Source: Candidatus Multivoradales bacterium
GTDB taxonomy: Bacteria > Acidobacteriota > Thermoanaerobaculia > Multivoradales > JAHEKO01
DNA length: 64,000 bases
Assembly: GCA_965223855.1 (NCBI GenBank)
Contig: CBDCXM010000009.1
Span: 2,464,001-2,528,000, forward strand
Direction: 5' to 3'
The position numbers and the translations under genes were made by a program. Below the pieces are notes generated by a model. The model was not told the origin of the DNA, ran no database searches, and worked only from the letters and a program-made list of their open reading frames with translations. Each line of letters begins with the position of its first letter. Position 1 is the first letter of the stretch. Of the stretch, positions 47,555-58,082 are shown one piece after another.

Positions 47555-48508
47555 ATGACGCCAGAACGACCTGCCCACGCCGCTCGGACCCCGCCGGAGA
47601 TCCCACCGATCGAAGGTGTGCGCTCGAGGGAGAGCGAGCCGCTCGCTGGGCACAGTACCTTTCAGATCGGCGGCCCGGCGCGCTGGTTTGCCCGGATCGA
47701 CACCGAAGACGGCCTGATCGAGCTCCTCGCCTGGGCGCGAACGGAAGCAGTCGCGTTCTTCATCCTGGGTCTGGGGTCGAACGTGCTCTTCCCCGACGAG
47801 GGCTTCGACGGCGTCGTCGCCCGCCTCGGCGGTGACTTCGAGAGTTTCGAGATCGACGGCACCGAAGTCAGGGTCGGAGCCGCGGTGCCGTTACCGAGAG
47901 TCGCGAAGAGAACCGCTTCGGCGGGCCTCGGCGGACTGGAGGCGCTCTCGGGCTTCCCGTCGACCATCGGCGGCGCGGTCTACATGAACGCCGGCTGCTA
48001 CGGCACCGAGATCTGCGACGTGCTGCGCGAGGCGACGATAGTTGGCGTCGGGGGGGACCGCTTCGTGCGCAGGTCGGCCGAGCTCGACCCGGGGTACCGG
48101 CGCACCAACCTGGAAGGCACGGGGGCTATCGTCACCCGTGCGGTCTTCGACCTCCGCGAGGTCGATGCGGCGACCGCCACTGGACGGATCGAGGAGTTCA
48201 ACCGTAAGCGCTGGCAGAGTCTGCCTTCCGGCGTGGCCAATGCCGGGTCGATCTTCCGAAATCCGGAGGGAGACTTTGCGGGCAGGATGATCGACGCATG
48301 CGGTCTCAAGGGGCTCACCAGAGGGACGGCACAGATCAGCGAAAGACATGGGAATGTGATCGTCAACCACGGTGGCGCGAGGGCGGACGACGTGCTCGAG
48401 TTGATGCTCGAGGCGCGGAGCGCCGTGCAGGAGCGCTTCGCGGTCATCCTCGCCCCGGAGGTGGTTCTGACCGGCGATCTCCTCGCCCGCTGGCAGGCGG
48501 AGCGATGA
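47555..48508 (+). CDS. murB: UDP-N-acetylenolpyruvoylglucosamine reductase
   Basis: [40 protein letters not shown]. Confidence 0.95.
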   Translation: MTPERPAHAARTPPEIPPIEGVRSRESEPLAGHSTFQIGGPARWFARIDTEDGLIELLAWARTEAVAFFILGLGSNVLFPDEGFDGVVARLGGDFESFEIDGTEVRVGAAVPLPRVAKRTASAGLGGLEALSGFPSTIGGAVYMNAGCYGTEICDVLREATIVGVGGDRFVRRSAELDPGYRRTNLEGTGAIVTRAVFDLREVDAATATGRIEEFNRKRWQSLPSGVANAGSIFRNPEGDFAGRMIDACGLKGLTRGTAQISERHGNVIVNHGGARADDVLELMLEARSAVQERFAVILAPEVVLTGDLLARWQAER

Positions 48509-48561
48509 TCCGCCTCGGCTATACTCGGCGGCCGAAAACCCCGGATTTGAGGAGGTTCCAA

Positions 48562-49128
48562 GTGTCAAGAAATGTCAACTGCGCTCTACTGGCGCTGATC
48601 GTCGTCGCGGTCCTCGCGGGCTGTGCGAGCAAGACACCTGTCGAGCAGATGATCGAGGCTCGGGCGGCCTACAAGGTCAGCCTCAATCCGTTCTTCACCA
48701 AGCAGGTGCCGGTCGGTGGTGCCGAAGCAGCGCCCGTCGGGGAGGAGGCCTCGGACGCCGACGCTTCGGAGGTCGGGTCGGACGAAGGCGTCGCGGCCGC
48801 GGAGGACGTCGGGACGGCCGAGGAGCCTCCCGTCGAGGTACCGATGCAGACGAATGTCCACCTCGACATCATCGTCCAGCACAGGCTCGACGAGGCTCTC
48901 GAGGGGCTGACACTCGACATTTCGATGATCGACGACAAGCAGAACGAGGTCGGTCAGTGGAAGGTCTGGGTCGAGACCGCCGGTCTTCTGAAGGCCAATC
49001 AGCTTCCGGTGACCCACGTGCTCGAGGATGTGGACTTTGAGGAAGGCTACGGCTTCAACGTCGAAGTTCGAAGCGGCATCCCGCCGTCGGAGTACGGCGA
49101 CTACCGGGAGTTCGACGGTCTCCAGTGA
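48562..49128 (+). CDS. Hypothetical lipoprotein with acidic linker
   Basis: GGAGGT RBS before GTG 48562; lipobox LAGC. Confidence 0.75.
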   Translation: MSRNVNCALLALIVVAVLAGCASKTPVEQMIEARAAYKVSLNPFFTKQVPVGGAEAAPVGEEASDADASEVGSDEGVAAAEDVGTAEEPPVEVPMQTNVHLDIIVQHRLDEALEGLTLDISMIDDKQNEVGQWKVWVETAGLLKANQLPVTHVLEDVDFEEGYGFNVEVRSGIPPSEYGDYREFDGLQ

Positions 49129-49138
49129 ACATCCTCCG

Positions 49139-50107
49139 ATGAGCGTCTCGCAACAAAGTCAGCCCGAGGTGCAGGCGACCGTCGCTTCGGAGATGGTCGC
49201 CCGTCTCGAGGCGCAGGTCTCGCTGGTGCTGCGTGGCAAACCGGAAGCGGTACGGCTGGCGGTCGTCAGTCTGCTGTCGGGCGGGCACGCGCTCATCGAG
49301 GACGTTCCCGGCGTCGGCAAGACGACGCTCGCTCAGGCGCTCGCCCGCTCGGTCGGTCTCGCCTTCCAGCGAATCCAGTTCACCAGCGATCTGCTGCCCT
49401 CCGACGTGCTGGGGGTCTCCATCTACCAGCAGGAGAAGCAGAAGTTCGAGTACGTGCCCGGGCCGATCTTCTCCAACGTCGTGTTGGCGGACGAGGTCAA
49501 TCGCGCCAGCCCGAAGACGCAGTCGGCGCTGCTCGAGGCGATGAGCGAGGGACAAGTCTCGATCGACGGCAGGCACTACGCCCTGCCCAAGCCGTTCCTC
49601 GTGCTGGCGACCCAGAATCCTCTCGAGTACATCGGCACGTTCCCGCTGCCCGAGTCACAGCTCGACCGTTTCGCCCTGTCGATCGAGATCGGCTATCCGC
49701 CCCGCAGCGAGGAGAGGGAACTGCTGCTGTCCGGTGGAGTCGAAGGCACACTCGCCCATCTCGCACCGGTGTTGTCGAAGGCGGACCTCGAGGCGCTGCA
49801 GGAGATGGCCCGCCAGGTGACGGTGGCGGAGAAGCTGGTCGACTACATGCTGGCGCTCGCCCATACGTCCCGCCACTCGGGAGACTTCGTCCTTGGTGTG
49901 TCGACCCGCGGGGTGCAGAGCTGGTTCCGCGCGTGTCAGGCGCTGGCGCTCGCCGAGGGCAGGGACTTCGTGCTTCCCGACGATGTCCAACGCCTGGCTG
50001 CGGCGGCGCTGGCGCATCGGGTCGTACTCAAGGCGGGGGACACCGGGCTGGCGGCCTCGAGAGCGGCGATCGAACGGCTCGTCACCGCGACCCCGGTTCC
50101 CGTCTGA
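49139..50107 (+). CDS. MoxR family AAA+ ATPase
   Basis: EDVPGVGKT, RIQFTSDLLPSD, LADEVNRASPKTQSALLEAM, ATQNP, LPESQLDRF. Confidence 0.95.
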   Translation: MSVSQQSQPEVQATVASEMVARLEAQVSLVLRGKPEAVRLAVVSLLSGGHALIEDVPGVGKTTLAQALARSVGLAFQRIQFTSDLLPSDVLGVSIYQQEKQKFEYVPGPIFSNVVLADEVNRASPKTQSALLEAMSEGQVSIDGRHYALPKPFLVLATQNPLEYIGTFPLPESQLDRFALSIEIGYPPRSEERELLLSGGVEGTLAHLAPVLSKADLEALQEMARQVTVAEKLVDYMLALAHTSRHSGDFVLGVSTRGVQSWFRACQALALAEGRDFVLPDDVQRLAAAALAHRVVLKAGDTGLAASRAAIERLVTATPVPV

Positions 50108-50115
50108 GGACTGCC

Positions 50116-51126
50116 GTGCCGCGGCGCTCGATCCCCGAGGGGATCCGCATCACCAAGGTCGGCCTGCTCTACATCGCACTGGCGATCGTAGTCGGCATCG
50201 CGGCGGCCAATACCGGCAACAACGCGCTCTACATCGTCGAAGCGTTGCTGTTGGGCGTCCTGGTGCTCTCGGGGATCACTTCACGCCGCAACGTGGCAGG
50301 GCTCGATGTCGAGTTGCTGCTTCCGGAGGAAGTGCACGCCAAGGAGCCCTTCACAGCTACCTACCGGATGCGCAATCGCGACCGGTGGGCGGGCATCCGC
50401 TGGATCGCTGTGGAAGGGGTGTCTCAGGCCGAGCCGCTGTTGCTGTCTCACCTCGAGCGGCGAGGCGAGGAAGAGGGCACGGTGCAGGCGTTCGTGCGCA
50501 CGCGAGGTCGCTATCGGGTCGATTTCGTCCATCTGTCCTCCGTCTTTCCGTTCGGCTTCTTTCGCAAGGGGCTGCGCCTCGCCCAGGAGGCCGAGATGCT
50601 CGTCTTCCCGGAGCTGTTTCCCGCCGCGCCCAAAGTGCCCGCTGCCGAGGCGCGCTCGGGGGAGCGCTCGTCGCGCCGCAAGGGGCTGGGGCACGAGCTG
50701 TTCCAGCTCCGTTCGTTTCAACCTGGAGACGACCGCCGAGGGGTGCACTGGAAACAGACCGCTCGCACCGGCGAGATGGTGTTCATGGAGCGGGAGGCGG
50801 AGAGCGGGCGCCGGCTTTCGATCATCCTGGACAACGGCGTCGGCGAGCTCGAGCGTGACGTCGATCGGCAGCGCTTCGAGCGACTGGTCAGCGAAGCGGC
50901 GACCGCCGCCGATGAGGCGCTGCGTCAGGGTTATTCCGTCGGTCTGCGGACACGCAGCGGCCACGTCGCTCTCGGATCCGGCCCCGGCCAGCGACACCGG
51001 ATCATGAAGCAGCTGGCGCTGCTCGAGCCTTGCCCGCGCTCGGCCGAGCCGCTCGGTTCGACCGATCCGAGGCTGCCACAGCTGCGGCTGGGGATGGACT
51101 CGCTCGGGCTCGGGAGCGCCGCGTGA
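50116..51126 (+). CDS. DUF58 domain protein
   Basis: AANTGNNALY, FPFGFF, LRSFQPGDDRRGVHWKQTAR. Confidence 0.9.
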   Translation: MPRRSIPEGIRITKVGLLYIALAIVVGIAAANTGNNALYIVEALLLGVLVLSGITSRRNVAGLDVELLLPEEVHAKEPFTATYRMRNRDRWAGIRWIAVEGVSQAEPLLLSHLERRGEEEGTVQAFVRTRGRYRVDFVHLSSVFPFGFFRKGLRLAQEAEMLVFPELFPAAPKVPAAEARSGERSSRRKGLGHELFQLRSFQPGDDRRGVHWKQTARTGEMVFMEREAESGRRLSIILDNGVGELERDVDRQRFERLVSEAATAADEALRQGYSVGLRTRSGHVALGSGPGQRHRIMKQLALLEPCPRSAEPLGSTDPRLPQLRLGMDSLGLGSAA

Positions 51127-53252
51127 ACTTCGGTCGTCAGAAGCGACTCGCGCTCGGGGCTCTCGCCCTGCTCGTGCCGCTGCCGCTCCCTTTCAACCAG
51201 GTGACCGGGTGGCCGGTATTGCTCGTCTACTGGGGCGCCGTCGGTCTGTTCCTGCGTCGGGCCTGGTCGGATGCCGAGGGGTGGCTGCCCAACTGGGCGA
51301 TGAACGTCCTCGCCGTCGCCTACGTGCCGGTTTTCCTTCTCGACCTTTCGACCCTCTGGCGGGGGCGGTTCCTTCACCCGATCGTGCATCTCGTGCTCTT
51401 CCTGCTGGTGGTCAAGCTGTTCGCGCTGCGCAGGGAGCAGGACAAGTGGCACGCGATGCTGGTGATGTTCTTCATCTTCCTCGCGGCCACCGGCACCAGC
51501 GTTCATCCCTCGGTGGTGCTGTACGTCGTGGAGTATCTGGTGATGTCGCTCTGGCTGCTGACGCGCTTCGTCGGCTGGGAGATGCTGGGGCGCCATCCGA
51601 GGACCGTGCCACCCTCCGGGCGCGTGCCGCTCAAGGCGTTCGTGACGGGGGGCGTGCTGTTCTCGATCCTGGTGGCCGTCCCGATCTTCGTCTTCATGCC
51701 GCGGCTCAGGACGCCTTACGTCGTCGGGCCCGGTGGCGGCTACGGTTCGGCGACCCAGATTGCCGGCTTCCAGGACGTCATGCGACTCGACGGCATCGGC
51801 CGCGTGCGAGGAAGCCGCGCCGTGGTGATGCGGCTCACCTACGACGAAGAGCCGCCGCCGACCCACGAGAGCAGGATCAAGGTGAGGACCTACGACCGGT
51901 TCGTCGACGATGAGTGGCGCCGCAGCGACACGTCACTCGTCGACGGAACTCGGAGGATGATGCGCCGCCTGCGGGACGGCTCCTTCCTGCTCGCATCGGG
52001 CGACGCCGCATCCTGGATGGGGGTGTGGATGGAGCCGTTCGGCGGGTTCCGTCTCGGCATCCCGGTCGATGCCGTCCGACTCGACTGGGAGCCCGATGCG
52101 ATGGAAGGGCTCGTCTTCGGGCGGGGGGCGTCTCTCCAGCTCGACAACGGCGGCGGAGTCACACTGCCGGTGCCGCGCCCCGGAATGGTGCGCTACCGGG
52201 TCGGGCTGGCGGGAGCGTCGGAGATCGGTTCGCTGCGATCGGTTCTGGAGGCGGATCCCGAGTCGGCTCTGGACGCCTCGACGGTTCCACCCAGGGTCGC
52301 TGAGCTGGCCCGCCAGGTGGCCGGAGAAGGCGACGCGCTCGAGCGAACCCGGCGCATCGAGCAGCATCTGATCCGCTCCTACGAATACACCCTCGACTTT
52401 CTCGGAAGCGCCCCCGGAGAGCGAATCGAGAGCTTCCTCTTCGAGAGCCGGCGGGGCCACTGCGAACTCTTCGCTACCGCGATGGTGCTGATGCTGCGGG
52501 CTGAAGGGATTCCGGCGCGGTTCGCCACCGGATTCCTGGGCGCCGACTTCAACCCGATCGAGGACTACTACATCGTCCGCGAGAGCAACGCGCACGCCTG
52601 GGTCGAAGCCCATCTGGAGGGTGCCGGGTGGCAGGTGTTCGATCCGACACCGCCGTCGGGCCGCCCGCTGCCGGGAGAGAGCGGTCTGAGCCAGCTCGCC
52701 TTCCAGCTCTACGACTACATCATCTTCCGTTGGGATCGCTACGTGCTGACCTACGGTCTGGCGGATCAGGTCGGCGTGCTCGCCACGATCCGGAGCTGGT
52801 GGGAGAGCGTGACGGGCTGGTTCTCGGCGAGCGAAGAGGACACCCCGGCAGCCGATCGGAGCCCCGCGACCACCGTCGAGACGGCCGCGCCTGCGGCCGA
52901 TTCGCTCGAGCCGCCGGCCTTGCCGTGGTGGCCGTGGGTGGCGCTCGCCGCCGTGGCGATCCTCGCCTTTCTGCTCGTCCGGCGGCGGTCGTTCACCGCG
53001 GCCGACGGATACCTGCGCCTCCGGGAGCGGCTGCGGGACGAGGCGGGCGCGGAGCTCGAGGCGTGGCCGCCACTCACCGTGGTCGACCGCTTCGCCGACC
53101 GCTGGCCGGAGAGGGCCGATCCGGCAAGGGAACTGGTCGCGCTCTACCTGACGGAGAGTTTCGGCGGCCGGGAGCTGTCGGAGGAGGAGGTCGAGCGCGC
53201 GCGTGAACTCACCGGCCGGGCGCTGGAGACGCGCCGGCGCCGCGCGGCGTGA
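51123..53252 (+). CDS. DUF3488 plus transglutaminase-like domain membrane protein (TgpA-like)
   Basis: Multi-TM N-terminus; catalytic triad motifs GHCELFA, HAWVE, FDPTP; GTGA overlap. Confidence 0.9.
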   Translation: MNFGRQKRLALGALALLVPLPLPFNQVTGWPVLLVYWGAVGLFLRRAWSDAEGWLPNWAMNVLAVAYVPVFLLDLSTLWRGRFLHPIVHLVLFLLVVKLFALRREQDKWHAMLVMFFIFLAATGTSVHPSVVLYVVEYLVMSLWLLTRFVGWEMLGRHPRTVPPSGRVPLKAFVTGGVLFSILVAVPIFVFMPRLRTPYVVGPGGGYGSATQIAGFQDVMRLDGIGRVRGSRAVVMRLTYDEEPPPTHESRIKVRTYDRFVDDEWRRSDTSLVDGTRRMMRRLRDGSFLLASGDAASWMGVWMEPFGGFRLGIPVDAVRLDWEPDAMEGLVFGRGASLQLDNGGGVTLPVPRPGMVRYRVGLAGASEIGSLRSVLEADPESALDASTVPPRVAELARQVAGEGDALERTRRIEQHLIRSYEYTLDFLGSAPGERIESFLFESRRGHCELFATAMVLMLRAEGIPARFATGFLGADFNPIEDYYIVRESNAHAWVEAHLEGAGWQVFDPTPPSGRPLPGESGLSQLAFQLYDYIIFRWDRYVLTYGLADQVGVLATIRSWWESVTGWFSASEEDTPAADRSPATTVETAAPAADSLEPPALPWWPWVALAAVAILAFLLVRRRSFTAADGYLRLRERLRDEAGAELEAWPPLTVVDRFADRWPERADPARELVALYLTESFGGRELSEEEVERARELTGRALETRRRRAA

Positions 53253-53256
53253 AGCG

Positions 53257-54399
53257 ATGAGGATCGGAGTCAGCGCTCTCGTCCTGTCAGGGTCTCCAGA
53301 GGCGCTGCGCTCCGGGATCGGGCGTTACGCGTTCGAGCTGGTCGACGCCCTCCTTGCCATCGAAACCGAACACGAGTTCGTCGTCTGGACCGGCAGAGAC
53401 TTCGACGCGCCGGCCCGCTGGCGAGAGCATCCCCGGGCTTCGCTGCGCTGCGCGAGCGGCCTTTTCGCGGGCTACAAGACGCTGTGGGAGTGGTTCGCTG
53501 CGGGCCGGGCTGCGGGGCGGTCCGGCTGCGACATCTGGTTTTCGAGCGCTCACGCTCTGCCTTGCGGCTGGCCCGGTGGCTGGAGCGGTCCGTCGGTCCT
53601 GTCGGTGCAGGATCTCTTCACCTTCACCCACCCCGAGTTCTATACCGTCAAGCATCGTCTGGTCGTGGGGCGTGCGATGCGGCGGGCTCTGCGGCAGGCG
53701 GACGGGATCGTGGCGATCAGCCGCCACACCGGAGAAGCGCTGGTGAGCGACTTCGGTGTGGCTCCGGACAGGATCTCGGTGACTCCGCTTGCCTCGGCCC
53801 AGAGACGCTCCGTTCCCGAACCGGCCGATGAGGAGCCGGAGGCGCTCGGAGAGAAGGGGCGTTTCCTCCTGACGCTGAGCACCATCGAGCCGCGAAAGAA
53901 CCTTCCTCGCCTGTTCGCCGCCTTCGATCGGCTCACGCGCCGTGAGGAGTTCGCCGACCTGAGGCTGGTCGTGGCCGGAGCAGAGGGGTGGCGCACTCGC
54001 GCCAGCCTCGAGGGGCCGGCTCGCCTGGGGATCGCCGACCGGGTGGAGTTCGCCGGCTTTGTCGAGGACCGGGAACTGGCCCGGCTGCTGCGCTCCTGCG
54101 CCGGGTTCGTCCTGCCGTCGATCATCGAGGGCTTCGGGCTGCCGCTGCTCGAGGCGATGGAAGCGGGGGCTCCCTGCGCTTCGAGCCGGACCGGATCGCT
54201 CCCTGAAGTGGGTGGACACGTTCCCGTCTACTTCGACCCGCTCGACGTCCACGACATGGAGCGAGCCTTCGCCGAGTTGCTGACCATGAAGCGGTCGCGC
54301 GACGAATGGGCACGACTCGGATCCGAACGAGCCGCCTCGTTCAGTTGGCAAGCCACCGCTCAGGCGACTCTCGAGCGCATCGAGGCCGCGGCGCGATGA
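53257..54399 (+). CDS. Glycosyltransferase family 4 (MtfB-like)
   Basis: SGIGRY, TIEPRKNL, EGFGLPLLEAM. Confidence 0.92.
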   Translation: MRIGVSALVLSGSPEALRSGIGRYAFELVDALLAIETEHEFVVWTGRDFDAPARWREHPRASLRCASGLFAGYKTLWEWFAAGRAAGRSGCDIWFSSAHALPCGWPGGWSGPSVLSVQDLFTFTHPEFYTVKHRLVVGRAMRRALRQADGIVAISRHTGEALVSDFGVAPDRISVTPLASAQRRSVPEPADEEPEALGEKGRFLLTLSTIEPRKNLPRLFAAFDRLTRREEFADLRLVVAGAEGWRTRASLEGPARLGIADRVEFAGFVEDRELARLLRSCAGFVLPSIIEGFGLPLLEAMEAGAPCASSRTGSLPEVGGHVPVYFDPLDVHDMERAFAELLTMKRSRDEWARLGSERAASFSWQATAQATLERIEAAAR

Positions 54400-55484
54400 G
54401 AGTCGCTCAGGTCGTCGCCGACGGCCGTCCGGGTGGCGGCACGACGATGGTGATGGGGCTCGTCGAGGCGCTGTCGCGAGGCGATAGCGAACCCGCTCTG
54501 GTGACCGATCGCGGTTCCGAGGCCGCCGCACTCGGCCGTCGATCAGGCGCGCGGGTCGAGGAGGTCGACTTCTTCTCGCCGGCGTCCGCCACGCGCGAGG
54601 TTGCCGCCGCCCTGCGCCGCCTCGCGCCTGACGTGGTGCACGCGCACGGCAGTCGTGCCGGATTCCACTCGGCCGGTGCCCTGTCCGACAGCCGGGTTCG
54701 AGACAGCGTGCGCAGGGCGGTCTACACCGTGCACGGCTACCACTTCCAGCATCGACCGTGGCCGCGCCGATGGCTCGGGGCGCGTCTCGAACGTCGGGCC
54801 TCGAGGGCCTACGCAACGGTCGTCCACGTCTGCCACTACGATCGCCGGCTCGCCGAACGGCACCGCCTGGTGCCTGCTGCATCGGTGGCGACCGTGATCC
54901 ACAACGGGGTCGACGTCGACGCTCTCGAGCGGTTCTCTCTCGAGGGGCATCAGGGCGAGCGTCTGGCGCGGGCGGCGTTCGTCGGCCGATTGGTGCCTCA
55001 GAAGGATCCGTCGCTGGTGGCCGAGATCGCAGATCGCCTCGCGGACCGCGACCTCGCTTCGGTGATTGTCGGCGGAGGACCGCTCGAGTCCGAGGTCCGC
55101 GAACGGCTGGAAGGCCGGCTGACGGCGGGCTCGGTGAAGATGACCGGTGAGACCGACCGGCGGACGGCTCTTGCCGAGCTCGCGTCGAGCTCCGTGCTGG
55201 TGCTGCCGTCGAAGTGGGAAGGGCTGCCGGTCGTCGTCCTCGAGGCGATGGCGCTGGGGGTGCCGGTCGTGGCTGCCGGGGTCGGCGGGGTACCGGAGGC
55301 GCTCGGATCCGACGCCGGCGTGCTGGTCGAGGGGCGCGAGCCCGGGGGCTATGTCGACGCCGCGGCCCGGCTGCTTTCCGATCCGGCGCAGGCGGAAGCG
55401 CTCGCGCGCCGAGCGAACGCCCGGGTGAGGGAGCATTTCGATCTCTCCACCTGCCTCGAGCGCACGCTGGCGCTCTACCGCTGA
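54396..55484 (+). CDS. Glycosyltransferase family 4
   Basis: VHAH, IHNGVD, GRLVPQKD, WEGLPVVVLEAM. Confidence 0.92.
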   Translation: MRVAQVVADGRPGGGTTMVMGLVEALSRGDSEPALVTDRGSEAAALGRRSGARVEEVDFFSPASATREVAAALRRLAPDVVHAHGSRAGFHSAGALSDSRVRDSVRRAVYTVHGYHFQHRPWPRRWLGARLERRASRAYATVVHVCHYDRRLAERHRLVPAASVATVIHNGVDVDALERFSLEGHQGERLARAAFVGRLVPQKDPSLVAEIADRLADRDLASVIVGGGPLESEVRERLEGRLTAGSVKMTGETDRRTALAELASSSVLVLPSKWEGLPVVVLEAMALGVPVVAAGVGGVPEALGSDAGVLVEGREPGGYVDAAARLLSDPAQAEALARRANARVREHFDLSTCLERTLALYR

Positions 55485-55551
55485 GGGTTTCTCGACCGGG
55501 CACGGGAAGCCCGCTCGCATCGCCCGCCTTGGACTCGGTTTCGCTGGGGGC

Positions 55552-56979
55552 TCAGTAGGCGTTGTGGCGCAAGCCGTGCCGCAACGTCATCCAGAGGATC
55601 TTGAGGTCGAGCTTCAGCGACCAGTTCTCGATGTAGTAGAGGTCGTACTGCAGCCGCTTGCGAATCGACGTGTTGCCGCGCCAGCCGTGAACCTGCGCCC
55701 AGCCGGTGATCCCTGACTTGACCCGGTGGCGCAGCATGTACTGCGGGAGCTTCTCCTTGAACTCGTGGACGAAGGCCGGCCGCTCGGGTCGCGGGCCGAC
55801 GATCGACATCTCGCCGCGCACGACGTTCCACAGCTGCGGCAGTTCGTCGATCGACCACTTGCGCAGGAAGGCGCCGATGCGGGTGCGGCGCGGGTCGTCC
55901 TTGATCGCCCACACCGGGCCGGTGGAGGATTCCGCTCCAACTCTCATCGACCGCAGCTTCAGGATCTGGAACGGGCGGCCGTCGAGCCCCATTCGCTCCT
56001 GGTGGTAGAAGATCGGCCCGCGATCCTCGATCCAGATGGCCAGCGCGATGAGAGGGAAGAACGGCAGCAGCAGCACGAGCAGTGCCGCCGCGGCGGCGAT
56101 GTCGAGCGCCCGCTTGATCAGACTGCCCCAGCCCTGGAGGGGCACCTGGGAGAGGTTGATGACCGGTGTTCCGTCGAGATCCTCGAGACTCGCCTTCAGG
56201 GTCGCGTACTGCAGCACGTCCGGCACCAGGCGCACCTCGACGCACTGCTGGGCCACTGCTCGGAGCACCTGCATCGTCTTGCTGTGCGCCTCGACGGGAA
56301 GCGCCACGTAGACCTGATCGACCTTCTCGCGTTCGAGGACCTCACTGACGGCGTCGAGGCCGCCGAGCACGGCCAGTCCTTCATACCGGAGATCGGCTTT
56401 GCCGGGATCGTCGTCCAGGAAGCCGACGACGTCGAAGCCGAGCTCGCGGTGGTGGAGGAGCTTCTTCGCCACCTCCTTGCCCAGCACTCCCGCACCGACG
56501 ATCAGGATGCGCTGCAGGTTGTGGCCGGAAAGCCGGAGCCGCTCGAGGACGTTGCGAATCAGGTTCCTGGCGGCGACGACGAAGAAGACGTCGAGAGCCG
56601 CGAGGAGAACGAGGAAGAGGCGGCTGTAGCCGAAGATGGCGTAGGGGTCGTCGGCTCTCGCCACCGGGCGTACCCAGACGATGGCGAACGAGAGCAGCAG
56701 CGACGCGAGGATCGCCGCGACGACGATGTTGATCGCCTCCTCGGCTCGACTGCGGCCCCGTAGCTTCTGGTAGAGGCCGTGGAAGTAGAAGACGATCGGC
56801 CACAGCAGCAGCACCAGCGGGAGCAGCGACAGATAGCGCAGGAAGTCCGGCTGCTCAGCCGCCGGATAGATGGTGGCCTCGAACCGCAGGTACCACGCCG
56901 CGAAGAACGCGGCGACGGTCGCGATGAGGTCTCCGGCCAGATAGATCCCGGCCGTGATCTTGTAGCGCTGGCGAATCAA
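55552..56979 (-). CDS. wcaJ: Undecaprenyl-phosphate glucose phosphotransferase (priming PGT)
   Basis: TM N-terminus, LIVGAG, KRALD, KLRSM, IDELPQLWNV, MSIVGPRPE, GITGWAQV. Confidence 0.92.
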   Translation of the reverse strand: MIRQRYKITAGIYLAGDLIATVAAFFAAWYLRFEATIYPAAEQPDFLRYLSLLPLVLLLWPIVFYFHGLYQKLRGRSRAEEAINIVVAAILASLLLSFAIVWVRPVARADDPYAIFGYSRLFLVLLAALDVFFVVAARNLIRNVLERLRLSGHNLQRILIVGAGVLGKEVAKKLLHHRELGFDVVGFLDDDPGKADLRYEGLAVLGGLDAVSEVLEREKVDQVYVALPVEAHSKTMQVLRAVAQQCVEVRLVPDVLQYATLKASLEDLDGTPVINLSQVPLQGWGSLIKRALDIAAAAALLVLLLPFFPLIALAIWIEDRGPIFYHQERMGLDGRPFQILKLRSMRVGAESSTGPVWAIKDDPRRTRIGAFLRKWSIDELPQLWNVVRGEMSIVGPRPERPAFVHEFKEKLPQYMLRHRVKSGITGWAQVHGWRGNTSIRKRLQYDLYYIENWSLKLDLKILWMTLRHGLRHNAY

Positions 56980-58082
56980 GATGCCGATCTCGCTGACTGC
57001 AGCAGGTGCCTCAGCTCCTCCCGGAAACGCCTCACCGAGAAGCGCTCGGCACGTTCTCTCAGGTCCAACGAATTGAACCGCAAGTTCCGTGATTTGTCAA
57101 TCGCCGCCTCCAAGGTCGCAGCGTCGTCCTCTCCTTCGTAGAGCACGCCGTGAACGCCGTTCTCCACGATGTCGACGACACCCCCTTCGCCCTTCGCCAC
57201 GACCGGACAGCCGCAGGCCAGCGCCTCGACGGCGGAGATGCCGAAGTCCTCGACTCCGGGTTGCACGAAGCAGGCGGCCGAGCGGTAGAGAGTTCGCAGC
57301 GTTTCCGCCTCTATGCGACCCATCAGTTCGAGACGATCGTCGCCCAGCCTGCGCAGTCGCTCTTCCTCCGGCCCTGTGCCTACGACCTTGAGCCGCAGCC
57401 CGAGCCTGCGGCACGCGCTGACCGCGAGGTCGATCCGCTTGTACGGTGCGAGTGCAGAGACGTAGAGGCAGAAATCACCTCGCTCGACGGTCGGGTCCGG
57501 ACGGAAGAACTCGGTGTCGACCGGAGGATGCAGGACCTCGGACTCGCGGCCGTAGTAGCGCCGGATGCGCTCCGCCACGAAGCTCGAGTTGGCGAGGTAG
57601 CGATCGACCCGGCCGGCCGTCGCGACGTCCCAGCGCCGGAGGCGACCGAGCAGATAGCGGCGCAGACTCGCGATCGGCCCGCCGCGGTCGGGGAAGTAGG
57701 CATCCTGCTGGTCCCAGGCGTAGCGCATCGGCGTGTGGCAATAGCAGACGTGCCTCGCACCCGTCGGCTTGCGCACTCCCTTGGCGACGGCGTGACTGGA
57801 GCTGAGAACGAGGTCGCATGCCTCCAGCCGTAGCGCTTCGATCGCACGCGGATAGAGCGGCAGGTAGTAGCGATATCGGGAGCGCAGCAACGGTGCGCGC
57901 TGGAGAAAGCTCGTGCGGATCCGGCGACTCTCGAGGACGTCGCCGACGGTGCCCGGAAAATGGAAGAGGGTGTAGATGGGAGCTTCGGGGAATTCGAGCG
58001 CGAACTGCTCGAGCACCTTCTCTCCGCCTCGCAGGCCGGTGAGCCAGTCATGGACGAGGATCGTCCGCCGGTCGGCGATCAC
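56976..58082 (-). CDS. Glycosyltransferase family 4 (WbaZ-like)
   Basis: HDWLTGLRGGEKV, YCHTPMRYAW, PYKRID, EDFGISAVEA. Confidence 0.92.
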   Translation of the reverse strand: MIADRRTILVHDWLTGLRGGEKVLEQFALEFPEAPIYTLFHFPGTVGDVLESRRIRTSFLQRAPLLRSRYRYYLPLYPRAIEALRLEACDLVLSSSHAVAKGVRKPTGARHVCYCHTPMRYAWDQQDAYFPDRGGPIASLRRYLLGRLRRWDVATAGRVDRYLANSSFVAERIRRYYGRESEVLHPPVDTEFFRPDPTVERGDFCLYVSALAPYKRIDLAVSACRRLGLRLKVVGTGPEEERLRRLGDDRLELMGRIEAETLRTLYRSAACFVQPGVEDFGISAVEALACGCPVVAKGEGGVVDIVENGVHGVLYEGEDDAATLEAAIDKSRNLRFNSLDLRERAERFSVRRFREELRHLLQSARSAS

